From Felis catus (taxonomy: Eukaryota): a DNA stretch of 64,000 bases. The DNA lies in assembly GCF_018350175.1 (NCBI RefSeq), contig NC_058368.1:158784001-158848000 (forward strand), written 5' to 3'. The position numbers and the translations under genes are program-made. Positions 52,529 to 64,000 of this stretch are shown here, in pieces. The stretch's first letter is position 1, and each line of letters opens with the position of its first letter. The notes below the pieces were generated by a model. The model made no database searches. It was not told the origin of the DNA and saw nothing but the letters and a program-made list of their open reading frames with translations.

Positions 52529-52735
52529 GGGGTGCCTGGGTGGCTCAGTCAGTTGTGCGTCCAACTTCTGCTCAGGTCATGATCTCGCAGTTCATGAGTT
52601 CAAGCCCTGTATTGGGCTCTGTGCTGACAGCTCAGAGCCTGGAGCCTGCTTCCAGTTCTGTGTCTCCTTCTCTCTCTGCCCGACCTCTGCCATGCTCTCT
52701 CTCTCAGAAATAAACATTAAAAAAAATTAAAAAAA
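52529..52735 (+). mobile_element. Can-SINE
   Basis: TSD aaga(a/g)ggagatggggat. Confidence 0.95.
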
Positions 52736-54481
52736 GAGGGAGATGGGGATCTAAAATGGTTTGGGGATCATTGGCATTTATGTGCCAGATGAAACCAAGG
52801 ATGTGATTGCAATCAACAACATGAAATATCTAGCATAAGAAGAGTGGAAAGAGCCAAAGGGAGCACAAACTTACAGAGATGTGAATGAAGGAGATGGACC
52901 TAGAAGGACTCTGTTGAAGAGTGGCCTGAAAAGAAGGATGAAAAATTGGAAAATAGTTGAGTTCAAAACATCAGGGAAGAAGAAAATTTCAAGCGGTGGT
53001 TGCTAATGTCAGGTATGACAGAAGTATCAAAGTGTGTACTGACAGAACATTTCACTTTAATTTGGGAACTAAGAGGCCATCAGTAAGCAGTGCCTTTGGA
53101 GATAGGTTGGAAGCAAGTGCTTAGCGGTTGAGAATGGAAATGATAGGGAAAACTACTAGTACAATGATCTGAGAATCTTGACTATAGAAAGTAAGAGGAA
53201 AAGAGTCAGCTATAAGTCAAGGAAAAGTTTTGTAAAATGGGATTTGATATGAGATAAAGGGTAGAAAAGTAAAAGATGGTGGAGAGAGTATGAAACTAGT
53301 GAAGCACAATCTATGAGAAGGAGGTTGAAGATTTACTCAATCTTGAGTAAGGAAGATGGGTTGAAATATAGATAGGTAAAGGCAAGGAATTCCAAGCAAA
53401 GGGCACTCTTGGCTGAAGGGATTATTATTGTTTTTTAAAATGGTGGTAGTAAGTGATAAGGACCTTCTGTTATGGCATTTAAATACATTTATGCATATCT
53501 TAATGTGAGGAAACTGACAGAGATATATGATCAGGGACAGTTACAAAATTTGTTATACCTGGTTGATGACTCAGATGACTTTGAAGATGCTGACTTCTTG
53601 TGAAACAAATCAATAGGGTAGTGTGATTTTGCTGTGCAGTACCCAGGAGCCTAGCTATAGGGAATGGAAAATACAAACCTTTGAGTTTATTCAAGTTAAA
53701 GTGAAGTGGAAAGTAGAAATGGGAAATGATCTATCATGGTCTGCTGGCTCTTCAAGGAAAGAAATTTAAAAAGCAGGATGTAAAAAATACAGATATTAAA
53801 GGAATGGAGGATTTTGATAATGTGAAATGACACTTGAATGAAATAATGGGATATTTGGGCCAGAAAAAAATTTTGATTATTATTCCAGAAATGTGAAAGT
53901 TTTGGATGTGGTAATATGAGTGAAGGCTACTGGAATGGAATAAAGTCAAAGTTTGGTAAATTGGCATGAACTTTAATTTCTAGTAGGAAGAGTCCCATGA
54001 AAGTTGAAAGAAGATTTACTTGCAAGACTTTGTGTTATATATTAACTCTTGTGTATTTCAAGTTACATAGGGTACCTCTTTGAAAGGAAAGGAGGATAAA
54101 TTCAGCAGCTGGCCTTCCTTAAGAGACAGAACTTCTTTACTTGTGTGTTTTGTGTTGTGGGTGCCTAGTCCATGGGCTGCCAAGAGAAGAAACTTAATAA
54201 ACATTTTTTGAATAAATGAACAAATGAACGAGCAAAAAAAGGCGAGAATTAAAACTAATATCAATTCATGATATTCTAAGAATTCTTCTTCTTAAAAGAT
54301 TGAATTATATTGCTAATATTTCTTTTTGGTTTGTTATCATAGTAGGGCGTATGGTAAATTCAGAGGCCATTGGAATTGTAAACTATTTTTCATTTAAGCT
54401 CAAATTCTGTGAAGTGTTAGACTTACTGAAACTAATGATCATTTTGTGTTAATGTGGTCTAAAAATGAAATTACCTGTAAT

Positions 54482-54483
<2 letters not shown>

Positions 54484-54526
<43 letters not shown>
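54484..54526. repeat. (TG)n microsatellite
   Basis: Perfect TG run. Confidence 0.95.
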
Positions 54527-54529
<3 letters not shown>

Positions 54530-56132
54530 AATTATATAGCACAGTCTCCCAAAATACACACATGTACCATGTAAGTGTCCCACCCCACTCCAAAGTAATA
54601 AACATGCTCATAATGTTTGACATCACTGCATTGAATCCAAACAGAAGGTTTCAGGAGTGCAGAGTAATTAAAACATTATTTACAAAAGTTTGCAAATGTT
54701 GCACCCAATTGCTTATTTTACTTGAGACAGAATTTACAAATGCAGAATACAAATGAGATAGAAGTCATTTTATGGATGTTTCAGAATGTGCCACAGCTTA
54801 TATGGCTATAAAATAGGAAAGTCTTTAAAATGTAATTCAGTTGCAAATATGTGATTAACTTTCATTTCCTCTCTTTCTTTCTCTCCTTTTCTTTCTTTTT
54901 TTTAAAAAAATTATTCTTTCCAAGATATATTGTTAAACATGCCAGAAGTCTGATAGATAAATCCCAGGCTTCAAATACTATCATGAGTAATTATGCTTTT
55001 TCTTCTATTGTAAGATAACCCAAATTAATGTTTTCCAGATATTTCTAAACATCTAGTGTTTTTGGCTTAAAATTCTGTTTGGTCATCTTTGTTCAGTGAG
55101 AAAATCAGGTATTTTTGTGTGTTTGTTTTTTATTTTTGTTTTTGTTTTGCTTTGTTTTAGAGAAATCAGGGCTAAGATATTTACTGAGGTTGGTGAGGAA
55201 AAAGTCACTCAATATAAATTCTACACACACACTCCTCTGAGTAAATGTTGAGCTAAGATAATTTCCAGTTACATATTAAATTTTTCTGTAAAAAATTAAA
55301 AAATCATTTAATGTGAAATTTTGCCCAGGAATCATTAAGAACCACAATAGTCACTTTGCATTATTTTAAATAAAAATTGAATCGACACTAATTTTCTCTG
55401 AGCTTTTCAGCAAAATTGTTGATGTTCTTTTATATCATCAGGATGATTTCCCATTTGTTCTAACACATATCAGCTCTTGATAATATTTGTAGAACATTGT
55501 GCTTAATGAAATATTGTATCCCAATACTTTAAAGTATTCTCCTTTTGTGGAGATTGATTAGCTGGGCTGGCCTAATGATTGTAGTATAATATGGGAATGC
55601 TAGGTGCGCTTGCACTGTAGACATTGAAACCCTAATTTTAAAGTTTGAGATTCTCCCTTCTTCCAAAAGAGGTTGGAAGCAAATTGTAAAATTTGGAGGA
55701 ATGAAAAATATCACTCAAATATACAGTGACCAGGATTTTTATTGCAACTAAAACCAAAAAATCTGTTTCAAACTTTTAGAAAATTTTCATGGATAAACTC
55801 CACAAAGGCATGTATTTATTTATTTGTGTTTAATGTTTTTTCAAATTTATTAAATTACAATTTTTAGAGTTAAAGATCCATTAATATTTCTAATAATGAC
55901 ATATACATGACATTATATTTCTAATAATTACACATTTAGAACTTTTCTAGCATTTCATAATAAAATTTAGTATTTTTCTTTAGTTTGGCACTATAATGCT
56001 TTTATCATCAATGTTTAAAAACAACAAGTAATGCATTGTCTTTAGTAGTTATTCTTATAGTAATGTATAAATGAAGGTATTATTTAGATTTCACAAATTT
56101 GGATTAAATGTTTCTTTTTAAAAGTAGGCACA

Positions 56133-56212
56133 GATTCTGTCTGCTTCAGATTCTGTCTCCATGTCTCTCTGCTCCTCCCCCATCTCAAAAATAAATAAAC
56201 ATTATAAAAAAA
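56133..56212 (+). mobile_element. 5'-truncated Can-SINE
   Basis: Only the 3' third is present; 17-bp TSD ttaaaagtaggcacaga. Confidence 0.9.
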
Positions 56213-56619
56213 GAGTCTCTTAAAAGTAGGCACAGAAATAATAAAATATGTCCATTTTAATCAACATTTTGACTCTAAAAATAAATCTAAATAGACATAC
56301 TAATGCTGGAAAAGCCAGTTTAGTTCTTCTAAGATCTTTTTATTAAGTATTTGAATTTTCTTGAAAAACACCTCCATTTAAATGCCTGTTCTGGACCTCC
56401 TTAACTGTATGGCCCAAATTCTCTGACTTAAATTCTATGAATTAAATCTCTGAGCATGCTCTTTCTGTAAAATGATTCTTAAAATAGCTTCCTTTTAGTG
56501 CTATGAAGATTAAATAAAGTGGAAATTTTATAGTGATTAATGTGTTGGTGGCCTTCAGGCAATGTTAGCATAGCTAGCCATTAAGGAACAACTTGGTAAT
56601 AATGAAAGGAACATAAACT

Positions 56620-57065
56620 CTCATTCCGTGTTTATTGCATACCATGCCACAGAGACAATAGGATTGTAGATTTCGGCTTTCTGAACATTTGGCAAGGACC
56701 TCAACTTCTAACTACTAGTGTCTGTGTTTCTTTGGCTGAGAATTTTTTTTTTCCAAAAGGGAAAGCCACTATACCACTAAAGCTGGCCAAAAGCACAGAG
56801 GAATTAACACTTCCAGGCACACCCTTTAGGCATTGCCTTTGGGTGCTAGGGAAACTTAGCTGCCCCATGGTTTGGGACAACGCAGTCTAAGTTCTAGTTC
56901 CTCCAGCGTTATCTGGCTCCATGATGTAAACTTTCTTTGCTGTTTTCTTTTTCTTTCCCTGTTTCACTTCTCCACTATGTATTGATTATTTCTGCACTTT
57001 TCAAATGAGCTATTTGCACACAAACTCTCCTCTCAGGTATGCTTCTGAGGAAATCCAAACTAAGA
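56620..57065 (+). mobile_element. LTR16-like ERVL LTR remnant
   Basis: 3' end ctatttgcacacaaactctcctctcaggtatgcttctgaggaaatccaaactaaga resembles recalled LTR16 termini. Confidence 0.6.
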
Positions 57066-57604
57066 GCAAATTAATGTAAATTGAACAATCACTTCTGCCA
57101 TTCAGCTAAGCTCAATATGTATTATACTAATTTGATAAATGCTGTAAGAAAGTTAGACATAAAAGTTAATCAGGACACAGATGAGAGTAAAATTAATTAT
57201 TAAATGTGCCTGAGGCTCAAAGAGGTCTTTAATATCTGTGCGGACATTTGAACGGTGTTGGGAGGATGAGAAAGAGCTCATAAGCATGAGAAGTGGAGAA
57301 AGGCATCCCAGGTAAGAAGAAATAGCCAGAGAAAAGTGTAAGAAGAGAAAAGGCATGCATATTCTGAGAATGATGAGGAACCCAGTGTGATCAAAAAGAA
57401 AGGCAAGATGGGACCAGGAAGGAAGGGCTGCTGATAAGGCTGAGGCCATATTGAAAAACAAAAAAAACAAAAAACAAAAACCCCAAAACTGAACAATGCT
57501 AACTAAACTCATGTGTTAGCTTTATTCTTTCAGCATTGTGCAGGCATGAAAGCTTTTAAAGATAACAATGATGACTATAATTGTGTTTTAAAAAGAGCAG
57601 GAAG

Positions 57605-57821
57605 GGGCATCTGGGTGGCTCAGTTGATTAAGCGTCCAGCTTTGGCTCAAGTCATGATCTCAAGGTTCATGGGTTCAAGCCCTATGTTGGTCTGTGCTGA
57701 CAGCTTAGAGCCTGGAGCCTGCTTGGGATTCTGTGTCTCCCTCTCTCTCTGCTCATGCTTTGTCTCTCTGACTCTGTCTCTGTTTCTGTCTCAAAACTAA
57801 ATAAAACATTAAAAAAAAAAG
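57605..57821 (+). mobile_element. Can-SINE
   Basis: ggggcatctgggtggctcag head; TSD aaagagca. Confidence 0.94.
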
Positions 57822-58204
57822 AAAGAGCAAGGGATGAATTGGGCTAAGACATGATATAGGCAGGAAAACCATTTAAGAGGTTATTGCTATAATGCAGAAA
57901 AACAATGAAGTTTTAATCTGGTACAATGGCAATTTAAATGGAAAAGAGCTTATTGATGCTAAAGGTGTTTTAGCTAGAAAAGAGACGATTGGAACAGGGT
58001 GGTTAAAGAAGAGTTTAAGATGACCCTAAAGTTTCTAGTTTAAACAAATATTTATATTGTAATACTTTTATTGTCATGTTAGGGAATTCAGAAGAAAGTG
58101 AATATGTAGTCATGATTTAATAATGAATGCAATTTTGCATATGGCACTTAAAAGTAGAGTGAATTAAATGTGGCAATGGGCAGGAAAATCCAATATCACT
58201 GATA

Positions 58205-58868
58205 GACCAGGGCAAAGAGGTTCTCTACCCTGGGTCCTGTGCTTGTGGGGTGCCCCCCTTGGATTGTCCTCCACCTGTGATCCATCCATTGGACAAAGGG
58301 TAGGGTCCACCTACAGCCTATATAACCTTGCCCCTGGGTGCCTGGAATCCCAAATTCTCTGTTCAGATGGCCCTGAGCACATTTTAAGGTCTGTAAAGGC
58401 CTTTAAGTCATGTCTTTGTTTACAAGCGTGGACCATATTGCTTTGTTCACATACTTATGCCTGAGGGGTGACCAATAGATAGCTATTTGCTGTAGACATG
58501 AGGGGCCCGAACTAGGACATATAGGCTGAAGTGTCTACACGGGGCACCTTATGTTGCAGGTTGGAGCTGCTGGTGGGAGGAAAAGGAGGGTAGGCTGCAG
58601 GGTGAGGCTGTGTGCCAGAGACCAGGGGTTAAGAACAGGCTCTTACTGTGCTATCAAGTTCTGGTGCAGAACTTTGAGGAATCCAAGAATTCTAAATTCA
58701 AACTTGGCTTATTTGATCATAATGAAATATATTTTTCAAGGTAGCAGAAAGTACACATCTTATTTAATAGTCTAGATTGATGTATGACTATTAAATATTT
58801 AGACTAATGGTATATGGGTTTCTATTTGTATTCTTGGTTCAGGCTTCACAAATGTTAGCAACAAACCT
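58205..58868. mobile_element. Possible ancient hAT-Tip100-like DNA transposon relic
   Basis: GC-richer block ending tttgtattcttggttcaggcttcacaaatgttag, reminiscent of Tip100-type ends; family uncertain. Confidence 0.35.
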
Positions 58869-60255
58869 AATAAAATCAACAGATTTGTGTGATGATATAA
58901 GCCCAAGTTGGATTGTAGCAGTTAAAATGGGAAAGAAAAGAACCTAAAAGGTACTTTTTTAGGATGCCTTTAACTATCAGTCTCAGATTTATTTAAAGAT
59001 GACCTTGGGCTTCAAAAGTATCCTTTGTTCATGGCCAGCAACAACATCAACAGAAAAAACAATGGTCATGAAGTTTAAAGCAATTTATTAAATTCAATTT
59101 ACTTTTCTGTTCTTAAATCACATATTGTATGTTTTCTGTTTTAAGTTTTCTTTTTACTAATCAAAATGAAACAGTAATGAGCACTCTGGTTAATATGATA
59201 AAGGTACTATGTTATTCACTTTGGGCTTATTTCTCTGGATACCAAGTAATCTTTCAAAGCTTCTATTATAGAATTGATGGGAAGAGGCTTTCTCAAGCTG
59301 GATTCATAAATTTTATCTAGGAATATAGGATAAAAATATTACCTTTTACTTTTAGAGGATAGTGCAAAAAAACTGAAAAATTAGATGTTTTCACATTTGG
59401 TTAAGTACAAGTGAGAACCCTACTTTGCTACTCAATAACAATATGTTTCATCTCTGGTATACATTTAGCTCATGGAAGAAAATGTCCAGCAACAGCATAA
59501 GAGTATCTTTAAACAGTGAAGTTTTTCTCTTTAAAGATTAAAAGTCATTTATCAACATTAGGATCTATATTGCTTCGAAAAAAATTTTTTGGTATCCCAT
59601 GGAATTCATTTTCATCATAGTGTACATCTAGTTTTTCCAGATTTACACATTTACACATTAAGTTTGTTTTCTTGGATTTGACTTCATAAAAAGTACCACC
59701 AGATCTTCACAATAATCTCTCATTCTGAGTAAATTAAAGCAGGCTGCCCAGCATAGTGTGTGTCCAGCTGGCTAAAGGTTTAAACAGGAAAGAGACTCGA
59801 GGAGATTCTGTGGTAGGTATAAGATAAACATGCTCTTGTTTATGTTTTGCTGATACTCTGGTTGTTTAGATGTTGGGGAATTTTTTTCCTTGCTTTGGGC
59901 TGTTCTTTTAAAAAACCAAACAGTCATCCAGTGCGCCTTGTGGCTTTGATCTTTGTTTTTATATTTTGTTATACAAGGCTCAAAGTCTTACAGTTTGTTG
60001 TGTTTCATACTTTGCCAGATCATCCCCTTTCTCTGTATATATATTGCCTGCAGATGGCTGGAAGTAAAAAATAAAGGAAAGGTTGAGTGTCTTAAAAACT
60101 GACATCTCCCATAAATCCTAGGAGAATGTTGTATAAATATTGGCATACTTTTGCAGGTGCTAAAATAGAATTCTGTGGCCTTTCACCTGGCATAATTAAC
60201 TTCCTTTTATTACCCGGTGTTTACCATATCTTTTCCTAACCTTTGTTTTTCACAG

Positions 60256-60278
60256 GAGTGCCCTTAGGACCAAACCTA
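60256..60278 (+). other. Candidate 23-nt micro-exon
   Basis: ttttcctaac branch-like motif + ctttgtttttcacag | GAGTGCCCTTAGGACCAAACCTA | gtaagt. Confidence 0.3.
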
Positions 60279-61771
60279 GTAAGTTGTAGAGACACCTGCA
60301 TGCCACAAGGCAAACACCAAACCTCATTCTAGCCCCAGAACAAAGGTCCTACAAGCCGACTCCACAGATTCCCTCATATACTAGCAAGATGAATTATGTG
60401 AGGATATGTAATTAGTCTCAAAAGGAACGTTACAGTAATTTGATAATTTTGACATTCACAGAAACATTAGTACCTTTGGTGACTTAATGCAAGCTTCTGC
60501 TTTTAAATTCAGGTAGGAAACACTGTGTGTATGTGTTTGTCTATAGCACATATTTTAGTTGTCTCTGGAATCTGGTAGCTCTTTAACAGAATATGAAATG
60601 ACATGAATTATGACAAATCTTTTGAAGTTTTCTATCAGGAAGACAAATAACGTTTATAGTCAAAGTATGGAAAACCAGTGATACTGGTTTATTTCTTGAA
60701 CACACACTTATGCACAGCATAACAGCATAAAATATGTGGGTTTAGAATATTTAATATTACATTTTAATTTACTATCTTCTCATTATGAAATATTATAAAT
60801 TGTCTTCTGTTTTATAATATTTTATTATAGTATGCTCTTGGGGCCATTGATGAAGGAGTAACATTGAATCCAAACTTTGAATTAAAATTTCACTCGAAAG
60901 TATTTTTTCATCCTAAATGACATTATATAAATGTATGAACTTAAGACTCAGTATTTTCCTCCTACAGCCTCCTATTGAGATAACTTAATAGGAAACCTGC
61001 TGACAAAGAAATCTGGGAAACATAGTTTGCAGAGTCATAGCTCAAGTATCACACAGTTGGAGTAAGAGAGGGTCAGATTCTTTTCCTGTCTTCAGAAAGG
61101 GAGCTACAGATTCCTACTGATTACATGATCTATCTCAGGACAACAGTCATAAAATTCATCTCAAAAGAGGAGGAGTCATGTACAGAAAAGGATATAGGTT
61201 TGCTCTAAAAATCTTGGTTCTTTTCAGGCTTGTCAGAATCTCTATACAGTATCTTTATTTGCCACTCCCAAGTACATTAAATCTTCTGAGTCGTAGGGCC
61301 CAAGTGGCAGAGCATCTTGTACAGGGGCCTAGATCTTCTATAGAATCTTCCCTTTCTCTGAACGTCATTTCAGTTTGACAGTCTTATGGGTCATGTGGCA
61401 TGTGGATTGGAGCAGCATACTCTAATATGTTACTTGATTCTAAAATCAAATGAGTACTGTAGATACTGGTTGACTCTGTTGTAGCAATAATCAGCACAAG
61501 GTGCAACAATTGGTCTTTTACTTGACTTCTAGGTATGCTTCAGACCAGTAGACCCAACTTTATGGGCTTATTTTACATCTTATGCCATATACTTGTCTTA
61601 CAACAATACTTGCTGCTTTTTGCTTATCTGTTCCAATTAGCATGATGTCTTCAATATAATGGACCAAATTTTCGGTAAGATGTCAATATGATTAAGATCT
61701 CCGAAGACTAAATTAGTTCAGAGAGAATGAGAATTGAGATAGCCCTGAGATGAGACAATGCAGGTGTATTT

Positions 61772-61996
61772 ATTATTTTTTAAATCTTTTTTTTAACATT
61801 TATTCATTTTTGAGAGACAGAGAGAGACAGAGTGAGCAGGGGAGTGGCAGAGGGAGAGGGAGACACAGAATCCGAAGCAGGCTCCAGGCTCTGAGCTGTT
61901 CGCACAGAGCCTGATGCAGCGCTCAAACTCATGAACTGTGAGATCATAACCTGAGCTGAAATTGGATGCTCAACCAACTGAGCCACCCAGGCATCT
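61772..61996 (-). mobile_element. Can-SINE
   Basis: 16-bp TSD caatgcaggtgtattt. Confidence 0.95.
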
Positions 61997-62017
61997 CAAT
62001 GCAGGTGTATTTAAAAA

Positions 62018-62320
62018 AATTTTTTTAATTGAAGTATAGTTGACAGATAGTATTACATTAGTCTCAGGTGTATAACATAGGGATTCAACAAGTCTATACC
62101 TTAAGCTATGCTCACCACAGTGTGGCTACCATCAATTACCATGCAATGCTATTATAATACCATTGGCTGTATTCCCTCTGGTATGCCTCATGACTTAACT
62201 TATTCCATAACTGGAAGCCCGAACCTCCCACTCCCTTTCATCCATTTTGCCTGTGTCCCCACCCCCACCTCTCTGGCAGCCATGAGTTTTTTCTCTGTTT
62301 TCATGGGTCTGTTTCAGTGA
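62018..62320 (-). mobile_element. L1 3' end fragment
   Basis: ttttaattgaagtatagttgaca..attagtctcaggtgtataacatag..cccacctctctggcagcca. Confidence 0.85.
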
Positions 62321-62989
62321 AATTGTATTTTTGCCCATTTTGGAAGAATGAACTGTGTCTAATCATGCTTTAAAATTAGTATGGGAAAAAAATTGTCAAA
62401 TCAATAGCTGTGTACCAGGTCCCAGGATTTGTTTTGGTTTGCCGCAGTAAGAAATCCCACTAGTATCTTACAGCTGCAACTGGAGTCACCACCTGATCAG
62501 GTTTTATTCTCCAAGATCTGTTCACCATCTGCACAGACAAAATAGCAAGTTAAGTGTGGATGTAATAAAAATAACCACTCTCCATTTTTCAAGTCTTTTA
62601 TGGTGGCACTAATATAATCAGCTTACTCAGGTACGGGGTGTTGTGTTTAGTTCTCACACCTGATGGAGAGAGAAAGTTCCAGGAACTTCCATTTCACTTT
62701 TTCTACCATAAATAACTCTCTTTCCAATATGTATGATTATGGTGATTTTAGCCAGTTGATGAGTATGTATATTTCAATGATATATTCAGGAACAGAAAAA
62801 AGCTATATTATGCTAGGAATATCTGGCATCTTGACTTAATTAGGCCATGATTAATTTTTAATTATTTTCATCAGCTAACCAAGAAAATTGTTAAAGCCAT
62901 TTCTCAGCTATTTGAGCTAACACATTAAAATCCAGAATCTCTGGTAAGTGGATCCATATCAATAAATTGAACCCATTCCAATATTTTAA

Positions 62990-63685
62990 AAATAACTTTA
63001 TTGAGTTATAATTTACAAAAAAAATTCACTTGTTTTAACCTACAGATAAATGACCTTTGACAAAAAAATCTATGGTTGTGCAACTGGCCTAGTCAGGAGA
63101 TTTCCCTTGTTCCCTTTGTTGTTAATCTCCCCAACTCCCTGCCCTAGGCAGCTACTACAATTACTATTACTACAGGTGAGATTTTCTGTTCTAGGATTTG
63201 ATTTAAATGGGATTATATAGTATGGTGGTGGTTTTGGTTTTGGCTTTATTGTTTTTGGTTTGTTTTTGTTTTTGTTTTTTGTTTTTTTGTTTTTTGTTTT
63301 TTTTTTTGTTTTTTTGGTTAGGCTTCTTTTATAGCATAATTTTATGTTTTTAATTTGTTCTTTCTTATGGTTGAGTAGTATTCCACTGCATGATACCACT
63401 CAACCATAAGAAGGAACAAATTAAAAATATAAAATTATCCTAAGTGAGAGAAGCCTAACCAAACCAAACCAAAACAAAACAAAAAAACAAAAACAAAAAC
63501 AAAAACAACAGCAAAACAACCAGAGCTAGTGTAGCCGTTCACTATTTGGTGGACATTTAGGTTATTTCCAGCTTTTGGATTTTCTAAATAATGTTGTAAA
63601 CATTCATTTATAAGTATTCCAAGACATATGCTTTTATTTCTTTTGACTAAATACCTAGATGTGGAACTGCTAGGTTATGTTCATG
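62990..63685 (-). mobile_element. Old L1M 3' fragment containing an internal inverted duplication
   Basis: aactttattgagttataatttaca, aatgggattatatagtatg, ggtggacatttaggttatttccagc, aaatacctagatgtggaactgctagg. Confidence 0.8.
63225..63520. repeat. Long imperfect palindrome (fold-back inverted repeat)
   Basis: Arms 63313-63381 and 63393-63463 are reverse complements with an 11-nt loop, extended by (TTTTTG)n/(CAAAAA)n. Confidence 0.9.
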
Positions 63686-64000
63686 CTATGTTCATTGCAC
63701 GTTTAAAAATACAAGACACTAAATTTAATCCAGTGTTCTATTCTATTCACCTTAGTCTAAAACATTTAGAATGCATATTCAAACATATTCTTTGGGTTTT
63801 CACCCAAATATACTAGCAAAATCTTGCAAGTCGTTTGGAATATATGCAACCTTCTCCTGGATCAGACTTTTTCTGAAGTTTGCTGGAACCCACTCTAATT
63901 GTAAGTATAAATAGTAAGAGATTATAATAATTAATAAGAGAATGGATATCTTCTTAGAAGGCAGCTTCCCAATGTGAGGGAATTTATTGTGGAGTATTTA

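Noticed and set aside
6060..61540. Several YAG|GT juxtapositions (e.g. 6072, 33757, 57036, 61532) as recursive splice sites
   Set aside because: The donor halves are weak, several lie in repeats, and their frequency is compatible with chance
571..61996. Dispersed ~200-bp repeats or tRNA-like heads as tRNA genes or a CRISPR-like array
   Set aside because: They are Can-SINE retroposons with A tails and TSDs, irregularly spaced; there is no cloverleaf gene or repeat-spacer periodicity
441..63816. All ORFs in the six-frame track as protein-coding genes
   Set aside because: They are short (60-132 aa) and map to SINE translations (MAQSVKRPTSAQVMIS..., ERERGRHRI...), microsatellites (KKER, FFLS, CVCV) or L1 decay, or have random AT-rich composition. 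None resembles a cellular protein I recognise.

Overview
AT-rich, CpG-depleted mammalian DNA. The carnivore tRNA-derived SINEs are of the feline type (SINEC_Fc/Fc2-like), which points to a felid genome. There is no intact protein-coding gene: every ORF in the supplied track traces to a SINE, L1, LTR, microsatellite or chance. The window reads as the inside of a very long intron system. It has one well-formed isolated + strand exon (35236-35353) with stops in all three frames and a late strong-Kozak ATG, so probably 5'UTR or non-coding, plus a few weaker micro-exon candidates. I could not identify the host gene. Repeats include ~37 Can-SINEs (many with TSDs, several very young), several L1 fragments, MaLR/ERV LTRs, hAT relics, L2/MIR remnants and many STRs. 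The most notable observations are a twin-primed (5'-inverted) L1 with a 12-bp TSD, a Tigger/pogo-like DNA transposon lying next to its own internally deleted MITE, a decayed 28S rRNA fragment fused to an MLT1F-like LTR, a ~290-bp fold-back palindrome inside an L1 relic, and small CpG-retaining or TCF/LEF-motif non-repeat patches that may be regulatory. I see no convincing evidence of a novel multi-gene system. Repeat family names come from recalled consensus sequences, not from a search.
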